A program made the translations under genes and the position numbers. From Auanema rhodensis (taxonomy: Eukaryota; Animalia; Nematoda): a stretch of DNA of 64,000 nucleotides. The notes under the pieces are model-generated. The model searched no databases, was not told the origin of the DNA, and worked only from the letters and a program-made list of their open reading frames with translations. Below are positions 52,801-64,000 of this stretch, one piece after another (positions within the stretch are counted from its first letter, which is position 1; each line of letters opens with the position of its first letter). The stretch is taken from positions 2,480,001 to 2,544,000 of the forward strand of contig OZ059897.1 of the NCBI GenBank assembly GCA_964057225.1, given 5' to 3'.

Positions 52801-55102
52801 GGAACTCAACATACACTAATGCATTATTTTTCAAACGATCATAACTAATTTTTGTATAGAGCGTTTCTCAATGTAGTATAGTGCATTCGATGCGGATTTT
52901 TAAGCTGCGTTGATCTGTGTTAGCAGATTTGAGTTAACTTAAAAATGCACCGAGATATCAACTGATATATGTTCACACTTATATCCTCGATTTTCACCCT
53001 GAAGAAATGATTTTTTCGTTGAATAACATTGTCCATCGTCTTCGTCTTGAAAAAAGGAATCTAAAAACATCTACTTTTTGTGAAATTATTTAGAAATTTT
53101 TCGGGAAAATTTTTGTCAAAATGTTTTTGGAAGCAATGTTGAGTGTACATGGGAACTCAACATACACTAATGCATTATTTTTCAAACGATCATAACTAAT
53201 TTTTGTATAGAGCGTTTCTCAATGTAGTATAGTGCATTCGATGCGGATTTTTAAGCTGCGTTGATCTGTGTTATCAGATTTGAGTTAACTTAAAAATGCA
53301 CCGAGACATCAACTGATATATGTTCACACTTATATCCTCGATTTTCACCCTGAAGAAATGATTTTTTCGTTGAAAAACATTGTCCATCGTATTCGTCTTG
53401 AAAAAAGAAATCTAAAAACATCTACTTTCTGTGAAATTATTTAGAAATTTTTTGGGAAAATTTTTGTCAAAATGTTTTTGGAAGCAATGTTGAGTGTACA
53501 TGGGAACTCAACATACACTAATGCATTATTTTTCAAACGATCATAACTAATTTTTGTATAGAGCGTTTCTCAATGTAGTATAGTGCATTCGATGCGGATT
53601 TTTAAGCTGCGTTGATCTGTGTTATCAGATTTGAGTTAACTTAAAAATGCACCGAGATATCAACTGATATATGTTCACACTTATATCCTCGATTTTCACC
53701 CTGAAGAAATGATTTTTTCGTTGAAAAACATTGTCCATCGTATTCGTCTTGAAAAAAGAAATCTAAAAACATCTACTTTCTGTGAAATTATTTAGAAATT
53801 TTTTGGGAAAATTTTTGTCAAAATGTTTTTGGAAGCAATGTTGAGTGTACATGGGAACTCAACATACACTAATGCATTATTTTTCAAACGATCATAACTA
53901 ATTTTTGTATAGAGCGTTTCTCAATGTAGTATAGTGCATTCGATGCGGATTTTTAAGCTGCGTTGATCTGTGTTATCAGATTTGAGTTAACTTAAAAATG
54001 CACCGAGATATCAACTGATATATGTTCACACTTATATCCTCGATTTTCACCCTGAAGAAATGATTTTTTCGTTGAAAAACATTGTCCATCGTATTCGTCT
54101 TGAAAAAAGAAATCTAAAAACATCTACTTTCTGTGAAATTATTTAGAAATTTTTTGGGAAAATTTTTGTCAAAATGTTTTTGGAAGCAATGTTGAGTGTA
54201 CATGGGAACTCAACATACACTAATGCATTATTTTTCAAACGATCATAACTAATTTTTGTATAGAGCGTTTCTCAATGTAGTATAGTGCATTCGATGCGGA
54301 TTTTTAAGCTGCGTTGATCTGTGTTATCAGATTTGAGTTAACTTAAAAATGCACCGAGATATCAACTGATATATGTTCACACTTATATCCTCGATTTTCA
54401 CCCTGAAGAAATGATTTTTTTGTTGAAAAACATTGTCCATCGTATTCGTCTTGAAAAAAGAAATCTAAAAACATCTACTTTTTGTGAAATTATTTAGAAA
54501 TTTTTCGGGAAAATTTTTGTCAAAATGTTTTTGGAAGCAATGTTGAGTGTACATGGGAACTCAACATACACTAATGCATTATTTTTCAAACGATCATAAC
54601 TAATTTTTGTATAGAGCGTTTCTCATTGTAGTATAGTGCATTCGATGCGGATTTTCAAGCTGCGTTGATCTGTGTTATCAGATTTGAGTTAACTTAAAAA
54701 TGCACCGAGATATCAACTGATATAGGTTCACACTTGTATCCTCGATTTTCACCCTGAAGAAATGATTTTTTCGTTGAAAAACATTGTCCATCGTATTCGT
54801 CTTGAAAAAAGGAATCTAAAAACATCTACTTTTTGTGAAATTATTCAGAAATTTTTCGGGAAAATTTTTGTCAAAATGTTTTTGGAAGCAATGTTGAGTG
54901 TACATAGGAACTCAACATACACTAATGCATTATTTTTCAAACGATCATAACTAATTTTTGTATAGAGCGTTTCTCAATGTAGTATAGTGCATTCGATGCG
55001 GATTTTTAAGCTGCGTTGATCTGTGTTATCAGATTTGAGTTAACTTAAAAATGCACCGAGATATCAACTGATATAGGTTCACACTTATATCCTCGATTTT
55101 CA

Positions 55103-58100
55103 CCCTGAAGAAATGATTTTTTCGTTGAATAACATTGTCCATCGTCTTCGTCTTGAAAAAAGGAATCTAAAAACATCTACTTTTTGTGAAATTATTTAGA
55201 AATTTTTCGGGAAAATTTTTGTCAAAATGTTTTTGGAAGCAATGTTGAGTGTACATGGGAACTCAACATACACTAATGCATTATTTTTCAAACGATCATA
55301 ACTAATTTTTGTATAGAGCGTTTCTCAATGTAGTATAGTGCATTCGATGCGGATTTTTAAGCTGCGTTGATCTGTGTTATCAGATTTGAGTTAACTTAAA
55401 AATGCACCGAGACATCAACTGATATATGTTCACACTTATATCCTCGATTTTCACCCTGAAGAAATGATTTTTTCGTTGAAAAACATTGTCCATCGTATTC
55501 GTCTTGAAAAAAGAAATCTAAAAACATCTACTTTTTGTGAAATTATTTAGAAATTTTTCGGGAAAATTTTTGTCAAAATGTTTTTGGAAGCAATGTTGAG
55601 TGTACATGGGAACTCAACATACACTAATGCATTATTTTTCAAACGATCATAACTAATTTTTGTATAGAGCGTTTCTCAATGTAGTATAGTGCATTCGATG
55701 CGGATTTTTAAGCTGCGTTGATCTGTGTTAGCAGATTTGAGTTAACTTAAAAATGCACCGAGATATCAACTGATATAGGTTCACACTTATATCCTCGATT
55801 TTCACCCTGAAGAAATGATTTTTTCGTTGAATAACATTGTCCATCGTCTTCGTCTTGAAAAAAGGAATCTAAAAACATCTACTTTTTGTGAAATTATTTA
55901 GAAATTTTTCGGGAAAATTTTTGTCAAAATGTTTTTGGAAGCAATGTTGAGTGTACATGGGAACTCAACATACACTAATGCATTATTTTTCAAACGATCA
56001 TAACTAATTTTTGTATAGAGCGTTTCTCAATGTAGTATAGTGCATTCGATGCGGATTTTTAAGCTGCGTTGATCTGTGTTAGCAGATTTGAGTTAACTTA
56101 AAAATGCACCGAGATATGAACTGATATATGTTCACACTTATATCCTCGATTTTCACCCTGAAGAAATGATTTTTTCGTTGAAAAACATTGTCCATCGTAT
56201 TCGTCTTGAAAAAAGAAATCTAAAAACATCTACTTTTTGTGAAATTATTTAGAAATTTTTCGGGAAAATTTTTGTCAAAATGTTTTTGGAAGCAATGTTG
56301 AGTGTACATGGGAACTCAACATACACTAATGCATTATTTTTCAAACGATCATAACTAATTTTTGTATAGAGCGTTTCTCATTGTAGTATAGTGCATTCGA
56401 TGCGGATTTTCAAGCTGCGTTGATCTGTGTTATCAGATTTGAGTTAACTTAAAAATGCACCGAGATATCAACTGATATAGGTTCACACTTGTATCCTCGA
56501 TTTTCACCCTGAAGAAATGATTTTTTCGTTGAAAAACATTGTCCATCGTATTCGTCTTGAAAAAAGGAATCTAAAAACATCTACTTTTTGTGAAATTATT
56601 TAGAAATTTTTCGGGAAAATTTTTGTCAAAATGTTTTTGGAAGCAATGTTGAGTGTACATGGGAACTCAACATACACTAATGCATTATTTTTCAAACGAT
56701 CATAACTAATTTTTGTATAGAGCGTTTCTCAATGTAGTATAGTGCATTCGATGCGGATTTTTAAGCTGCGTTGATCTGTGTTATCAGATTTGAGTTAGCT
56801 TAAAAATGCACCGAGATATCAACTGATATAGGTTCACACTTATATCCTCGATTTTCACCCTGAAGAAATGATTTTTTCGTTGAATAACATTGTCCATCGT
56901 CTTCGTCTTAAAAAAAGGAATCTAAAAACATCTACTTTTTGTGAAATTATTTAGAAATTTTTCGGGAAAATTTTTGTCAAAATGTTTTTGGAAGCAAAGT
57001 TGAGTGTACATGGGAACTCAACATACACTAATGCATTATTTTTCAAACGATCATAACTAATTTTTGTATAGAGCGTTTCTCATTGTAGTATAGTGCATTC
57101 GATGCGGATTTTCAAGCTGCGTTGATCTGTGTTATCAGATTTGAGTTAACTTAAAAATGCACCGAGATATCAACTGATATAGGTTCACACTTGTATCCTC
57201 GATTTTCACCCTGAAGAAATGATTTTTTCGTTGAAAAACATTGTCCATCGTATTCGTCTTGAAAAAAGGAATCTAAAAACATCTACTTTTTGTGAAATTA
57301 TTTAGAAATTTTTCGGGAAAATTTTTGTCAAAATGTTTTTGGAAGCAATGTTGAGTGTACATAGGAACTCAACATACACTAATGCATTATTTTTCAAACG
57401 ATCATAACTAATTTTTGTATAGAGCGTTTCTCAATGTAGTATAGTGCATTCGATGCGGATTTTTAAGCTGCGTTGATCTGTGTTATCAGATTTGAGTTAA
57501 CTTAAAAATGCACCGAGATATCAACTGATATAGGTTCACACTTATATCCTCGATTTTCACCCTGAAGAAATGATTTTTTCGTTGAATAACATTGTCCATC
57601 GTCTTCGTCTTGAAAAAAGGAATCTAAAAACATCTACTTTTTGTGAAATTATCTAGAAATTTTTCGGGAAAATTTTTGTCAAAATGTTTTTGGAAGCAAT
57701 GTTGAGTGTACATGGGAACTCAACATACACTAATGCATTATTTTTCAAACGATCATAACTAATTTTTGTATAGAGCGTTTCTCAATGTAGTATAGTGCAT
57801 TTGATGCGGATTTTTAAGCTGCGTTGATCTGTGTTATCAGATTTGAGTTAATTTAAAAATGCACCGAGATATCAACTGATATATGTTCACACTTATATCC
57901 TCGATTTTCACCCTGTAGAAATGATTTTTTCGTTGAAAAACATTGTCCATCGTATTCGTCTTGAAAAAAGAAATCTAAAAACATCTACTTTTTGTGAAAT
58001 TATTTAGAAATTTTTCGGGAAAATTTTTGTCAAAATGTTTTTGGAAGCAATGTTGAGTGTACATGGGAACTCAACATACACTAATGCATTATTTTTCAAA

Positions 58101-61100
58101 CGATCATAACTAATTTTTGTATAGAGCGTTTCTCAATGTAGTATAGTGCATTCGATGCGGATTTTTAAGCTGCGTTGATCTGTGTTATCAGATTTGAGTT
58201 AACTTAAAAATGCACCGAGATATCAACTGATATAGGTTCACACTTATATCCTCGATTTTCACCCTGAAGAAATGATTTTTTCGTTGAATAACATTGTCCA
58301 TCGTCTTCGTCTTGAAAAAAGGAATCTAAAAACATCTACTTTTTGTGAAATTATTTAGAAATTTTTCGGGAAAATTTTTGTCAAAATGTTTTTGGAAGCA
58401 ATGTTGAGTGTACATGGGAACTCAACATACACTAATGCATTATTTTTCAAACGATCATAACTAATTTTTGTATAGAGCGTTTCTCAATGTAGTATAGTGC
58501 ATTCGATGCGGATTTTTAAGCTGCGTTGATCTGTGTTATCAGATTTGAGTTAACTTAAAAATGCACCGAGACATCAACTGATATATGTTCACACTTATAT
58601 CCTCGATTTTCACCCTGAAGAAATGATTTTTTCGTTGAAAAACATTGTCCATCGTATTCGTCTTGAAAAAATAAATCTAAAAACATCTACTTTTTGTGAA
58701 ATTATTTAGAAATTTTTCGGGAAAATTTTTGTCAAAATGTTTTTGGAAGCAATGTTGAGTGTACATGGGAACTCAACATACACTAATGCATTATTTTTCA
58801 AACGATCATAACTAATTTTTGTATAGAGCGTTTCTCAATGTAGTATAGTGCATTCGATGCGGATTTTTAAGCTGCGTTGATCTGTGTTAGCAGATTTGAG
58901 TTAACTTAAAAATGCACCGAGATATCAACTGATATAGGTTCACACTTATATCCTCGATTTTCACCCTGAAGAAATGATTTTTTCGTTGAATAACATTGTC
59001 CATCGTCTTCGTCTTGAAAAAAGGAATCTAAAAACATCTACTTTTTGTGAAATTATTTAGAAATTTTTCGGGAAAATTTTTGTCAAAATGTTTTTGGAAG
59101 CAATGTTGAGTGTACATGGGAACTCAACATACACTAATGCATTATTTTTCAAACGATCATAACTAATTTTTGTATAGAGCGTTTCTCAATGTAGTATAGT
59201 GCATTCGATGCGGATTTTTAAGCTGCGTTGATCTGTGTTAGCAGATTTGAGTTAACTTAAAAATGCACCGAGATATCAACTGATATATGTTCACACTTAT
59301 ATCCTCGATTTTCACCCTGAAGAAATGATTTTTTCGTTGAAAAACATTGTCCATCGTATTCGTCTTGAAAAAAGAAATCTAAAAACATCTACTTTTTGTG
59401 AAATTATTTAGAAATTTTTCGGGAAAATTTTTGTCAAAATGTTTTTGGAAGCAATGTTGAGTGTACATGGGAACTCAACATACACTAATGCATTATTTTT
59501 CAAACGATCATAACTAATTTTTGTATAGAGCGTTTCTCATTGTAGTATAGTGCATTCGATGCGGATTTTCAAGCTGCGTTGATCTGTGTTATCAGATTTG
59601 AGTTAACTTAAAAATGCACCGAGATATCAACTGATATAGGTTCACACTTGTATCCTCGATTTTCACCCTGAAGAAATGATTTTTTCGTTGAAAAACATTG
59701 TCCATCGTATTCGTCTTGAAAAAAGGAATCTAAAAACATCTACTTTTTGTGAAATTATTTAGAAATTTTTCGGGAAAATTTTTGTCAAAATGTTTTTGGA
59801 AGCAATGTTGAGTGTACATGGGAACTCAACATACACTAATGCATTATTTTTCAAACGATCATAACTAATTTTTGTATAGAGCGTTTCTCAATGTAGTATA
59901 GTGCATTCGATGCGGATTTTTAAGCTGCGTTGATCTGTGTTATCAGATTTGAGTTAGCTTAAAAATGCACCGAGATATCAACTGATATAGGTTCACACTT
60001 ATATCCTCGATTTTCACCCTGAAGAAATGATTTTTTCGTTGAATAACATTGTCCATCGTCTTCGTCTTGAAAAAAGGAATCTAAAAACATCTACTTTTTG
60101 TGAAATTATTTAGAAATTTTTCGGGAAAATTTTTGTCAAAATGTTTTTGGAAGCAATGTTGAGTGTACATGGGAACTCAACATACACTAATGCATTATTT
60201 TTCAAACGATCATAACTAATTTTTGTATAGAGCGTTTCTCAATGTAGTATAGTGCATTCGATGCGGATTTTTAAGCTGCGTTGATCTGTGTTAGCAGATT
60301 TGAGTTAACTTAAAAATGCACCGAGATATGAACTGATATATGTTCACACTTATATCCTCGATTTTCACCCTGAAGAAATGATTTTTTCGTTGAAAAACAT
60401 TGTCCATCGTATTCGTCTTGAAAAAAGAAATCTAAAAACATCTACTTTTTGTGAAATTATTTAGAAATTTTTCGGGAAAATTTTTGTCAAAATGTTTTTG
60501 GAAGCAATGTTGAGTGTACATGGGAACTCAACATACACTAATGCATTATTTTTCAAACGATCATAACTAATTTTTGTATAGAGCGTTTCTCATTGTAGTA
60601 TAGTGCATTCGATGCGGATTTTCAAGCTGCGTTGATCTGTGTTATCAGATTTGAGTTAACTTAAAAATGCACCGAGATATCAACTGATATAGGTTCACAC
60701 TTGTATCCTCGATTTTCACCCTGAAGAAATGATTTTTTCGTTGAAAAACATTGTCCATCGTATTCGTCTTGAAAAAAGGAATCTAAAAACATCTACTTTT
60801 TGTGAAATTATTTAGAAATTTTTCGGGAAAATTTTTGTCAAAATGTTTTTGGAAGCAATGTTGAGTGTACATGGGAACTCAACATACACTAATGCATTAT
60901 TTTTCAAACGATCATAACTAATTTTTGTATAGAGCGTTTCTCAATGTAGTATAGTGCATTCGATGCGGATTTTTAAGCTGCGTTGATCTGTGTTATCAGA
61001 TTTGAGTTAGCTTAAAAATGCACCGAGATATCAACTGATATAGGTTCACACTTATATCCTCGATTTTCACCCTGAAGAAATGATTTTTTCGTTGAATAAC

Positions 61101-62473
61101 ATTGTCCATCGTCTTCGTCTTAAAAAAAGGAATCTAAAAACATCTACTTTTTGTGAAATTATTTAGAAATTTTTCGGGAAAATTTTTGTCAAAATGTTTT
61201 TGGAAGCAAAGTTGAGTGTACATGGGAACTCAACATACACTAATGCATTATTTTTCAAACGATCATAACTAATTTTTGTATAGAGCGTTTCTCATTGTAG
61301 TATAGTGCATTCGATGCGGATTTTCAAGCTGCGTTGATCTGTGTTATCAGATTTGAGTTAACTTAAAAATGCACCGAGATATCAACTGATATAGGTTCAC
61401 ACTTGTATCCTCGATTTTCACCCTGAAGAAATGATTTTTTCGTTGAAAAACATTGTCCATCGTATTCGTCTTGAAAAAAGGAATCTAAAAACATCTACTT
61501 TTTGTGAAATTATTTAGAAATTTTTCGGGAAAATTTTTGTCAAAATGTTTTTGGAAGCAATGTTGAGTGTACATAGGAACTCAACATACACTAATGCATT
61601 ATTTTTCAAACGATCATAACTAATTTTTGTATAGAGCGTTTCTCAATGTAGTATAGTGCATTCGATGCGGATTTTTAAGCTGCGTTGATCTGTGTTATCA
61701 GATTTGAGTTAACTTAAAAATGCACCGAGATATCAACTGATATAGGTTCACACTTATATCCTCGATTTTCACCCTGAAGAAATGATTTTTTCGTTGAATA
61801 ACATTGTCCATCGTCTTCGTCTTGAAAAAAGGAATCTAAAAACATCTACTTTTTGTGAAATTATCTAGAAATTTTTCGGGAAAATTTTTGTCAAAATGTT
61901 TTTGGAAGCAATGTTGAGTGTACATGGGAACTCAACATACACTAATGCATTATTTTTCAAACGATCATAACTAATTTTTGTATAGAGCGTTTCTCAATGT
62001 AGTATAGTGCATTTGATGCGGATTTTTAAGCTGCGTTGATCTGTGTTATCAGATTTGAGTTAATTTAAAAATGCACCGAGATATCAACTGATATATGTTC
62101 ACACTTATATCCTCGATTTTCACCCTGTAGAAATGATTTTTTCGTTGAAAAACATTGTCCATCGTATTCGTCTTGAAAAAAGAAATCTAAAAACATCTAC
62201 TTTTTGTGAAATTATTTAGAAATTTTTCGGGAAAATTTTTGTCAAAATGTTTTTGGAAGCAATGTTGAGTGTACATGGGAACTCAACATACACTAATGCA
62301 TTATTTTTCAAACGATCATAACTAATTTTTGTATAGAGCGTTTCTCAATGTAGTATAGTGCATTCGATGCGGATTTTTAAGCTGCGTTGATCTGTGTTAT
62401 CAGATTTGAGTTAACTTAAAAATGCACCGAGATATCAACTGATATATGTTCACACTTGTATCCTCGATTTTCA
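55103..62473. repeat. 9-mer followed by a 12-mer copy (9-mer plus internal 3-mer duplication)
   Basis: Rare markers at +4212: GATATGAAC 56118/60330, GCAAAGTTG near 56998/61210, ATCTAGA near 57653/61865, CCCTGTAGA 57911/62123. GAGACATC monomers at 55103 and 58262 are +3159 apart. Confidence 0.85.
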
Positions 62474-64000
62474 CCCTGAAGAAATGATTTTTTCGTTGAA
62501 AAACATTGTCCATCGTATTCGTCTTGAAAAAAGGAATCTAAAAACATCTACTTTTTGTGAAATTATTTAGAAATTTTTCGGGAAAATTTTTGTCAAAATG
62601 TTTTTGGAAGCAATGTTGAGTGTACATAGGAACTCAACATACACTAATGCATTATTTTTCAAACGATCATAACTAATTTTTGTATAGAGCGTTTCTCAAT
62701 GTAGTATAGTGCATTCGATGCGGATTTTTAAGCTGCGTTGATCTGTGTTATCAGATTTGAGTTAACTTAAAAATGCACCGAGATATCAACTGATATAGGT
62801 TCACACTTATATCCTCGATTTTCACCCTGAAGAAATGATTTTTTCGTTGAATAACATTGTCCATCGTCTTCGTCTTGAAAAAAGGAATCTAAAAACATCT
62901 ACTTTTTGTGAAATTATCTAGAAATTTTTCGGGAAAATTTTTGTCAAAATGTTTTTGGAAGCAATGTTGAGTGTACATGGGAACTCAACATACACTAATG
63001 CATTATTTTTCAAACGATCATAACTAATTTTTGTATAGAGCGTTTCTCAATGTAGTATAGTGCATTCGATGCGGATTTTTAAGCTGCGTTGATCTGTGTT
63101 ATCAGATTTGAGTTAATTTAAAAATGCACCGAGATATCAACTGATATATGTTCACACTTATATCCTCGATTTTCACCCTGAAGAAATGATTTTTTCGTTG
63201 AAAAACATTGTCCATCGTATTCGTCTTGAAAAAAGAAATCTAAAAACATCTACTTTTTGTGAAATTATTTAGAAATTTTTCGGGAAAATTTTTGTCAAAA
63301 TGTTTTTGGAAGCAATGTTGAGTGTACATGGGAACTCAACATACACTAATGCATTATTTTTCAAACGATCATAACTAATTTTTGTATAGAGCGTTTCTCA
63401 ATGTAGTATAGTGCATTCGATGCGGATTTTTAAGCTGCGTTGATCTGTGTTATCAGATTTGAGTTAACTTAAAAATGCACCGAGATATCAACTGATATAT
63501 GTTCACACTTATATCCTCGATTTTCACCCTGAAGAAATGATTTTTTCGTTGAAAAACATTGTCCATCGTATTCGTCTTGAAAAAAGAAATCTAAAAACAT
63601 CTACTTTTTGTGAAATTATTTAGAAATTTTTCGGGAAAATTTTTGTCAAAATGTTTTTGGAAGCAATGTTGAGTGTACATGGGAACTCAACATACACTAA
63701 TGCATTATTTTTCAAAAGATCATAACTAATTTTTGTATAGAGCGTTTCTCAATGTAGTATAGTGCATTCGATGCGGATTTTTAAGCTGCGTTGATCTGTG
63801 TTATCAGATTTGAGTTAACTTAAAAATGCACCGAGATATCAACTGATATATGTTCACACTTATATCCTCGATTTTCACCCTGAAGAAATGATTTTTTCGT
63901 TGAAAAACATTCTCCATCGTATTCGTCTTGAAAAAAGAAATCTAAAAACATCTACTTTTTGTGAAATTATTTAGAAATTTTTCGGAAAAATTTTTGTCAA

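Larger units (their letters stand above)
1..64000. repeat. 351-bp AT-rich satellite DNA array, 182.3 head-to-tail copies, runs off both window ends
   Basis: CCCTGAAGAA recurs at 1, 352, 703, 1054 ... 63878. Spacing is 351 bp except for five 1-bp deletions. Copies differ only by a limited set of substitutions. No unique sequence and no orientation change. First monomer is 114/351 G+C. Confidence 0.99.
41765..64000. repeat. Array domain 3 (more homogeneous subfamily)
   Basis: After 41765 I saw no ATTAATT, TTTGCC, CTCCT, ATGGAG, GCGCTAGC/GAGTAAT or CATCATC variants. New markers are CATAGGAAC, TTTCTGTG+TTTTTGGG, GAGACATC and TTAGCAGA. GAGTTAACTT is nearly fixed. Confidence 0.9.

Noticed and set aside
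1-64000. CRISPR array or other repeat-spacer system
   Set aside because: There are no unique spacers: the sequence between hairpins is itself repeated near-identically. No cas or other genes are present.
1-64000. Variant pattern as an information-encoding or programmed diversification system
   Set aside because: The patterns are adequately explained by duplication, unequal exchange and conversion. No enzyme gene, template/variable-region pair or directional mutation pattern supports programmed variation.

Overview
The whole 64,000-bp window is one uninterrupted, head-to-tail, single-orientation tandem array of an AT-rich (about 32% GC) 351-bp satellite monomer. It holds 182 complete copies plus 123 bp of a 183rd: the last monomer starts at 63878, which fits 182x351 minus five 1-bp deletions. 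I see no genes, RNA genes, CRISPR spacers, insertions or inversions. The ORF-track hits are the same two short frames, opened by single substitutions that remove a stop codon. This looks like eukaryotic centromeric, pericentromeric or other heterochromatic satellite DNA, but I cannot name the family or species. The informative structure is internal. (i) Three sequence domains (about 1-25.3 kb, 25.3-41.8 kb and 41.8-64 kb), with a sharp subfamily switch near 41.7 kb. (ii) Many local, variable-length higher-order repeats (2-, 3-, 5-, 6-, 8-, 9-, 10- and 12-mers) plus long-range block copies and a probable gene-conversion tract. (iii) A monomer densely packed with inverted repeats around a nearly invariant core. 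(iv) Many CpG-type transitions among the variants. (v) A partial hammerhead-ribozyme-like core (CTGAAGA, 5-bp stem-loop, GAAA) at the start of many monomers, which lacks a convincing stem I. I found no solid evidence for a new protein-coding system. Monomer positions (m1-m351) use the phase of the first copy (window 1-351), and M-numbers count monomers from the window start. All comparisons were made by eye.
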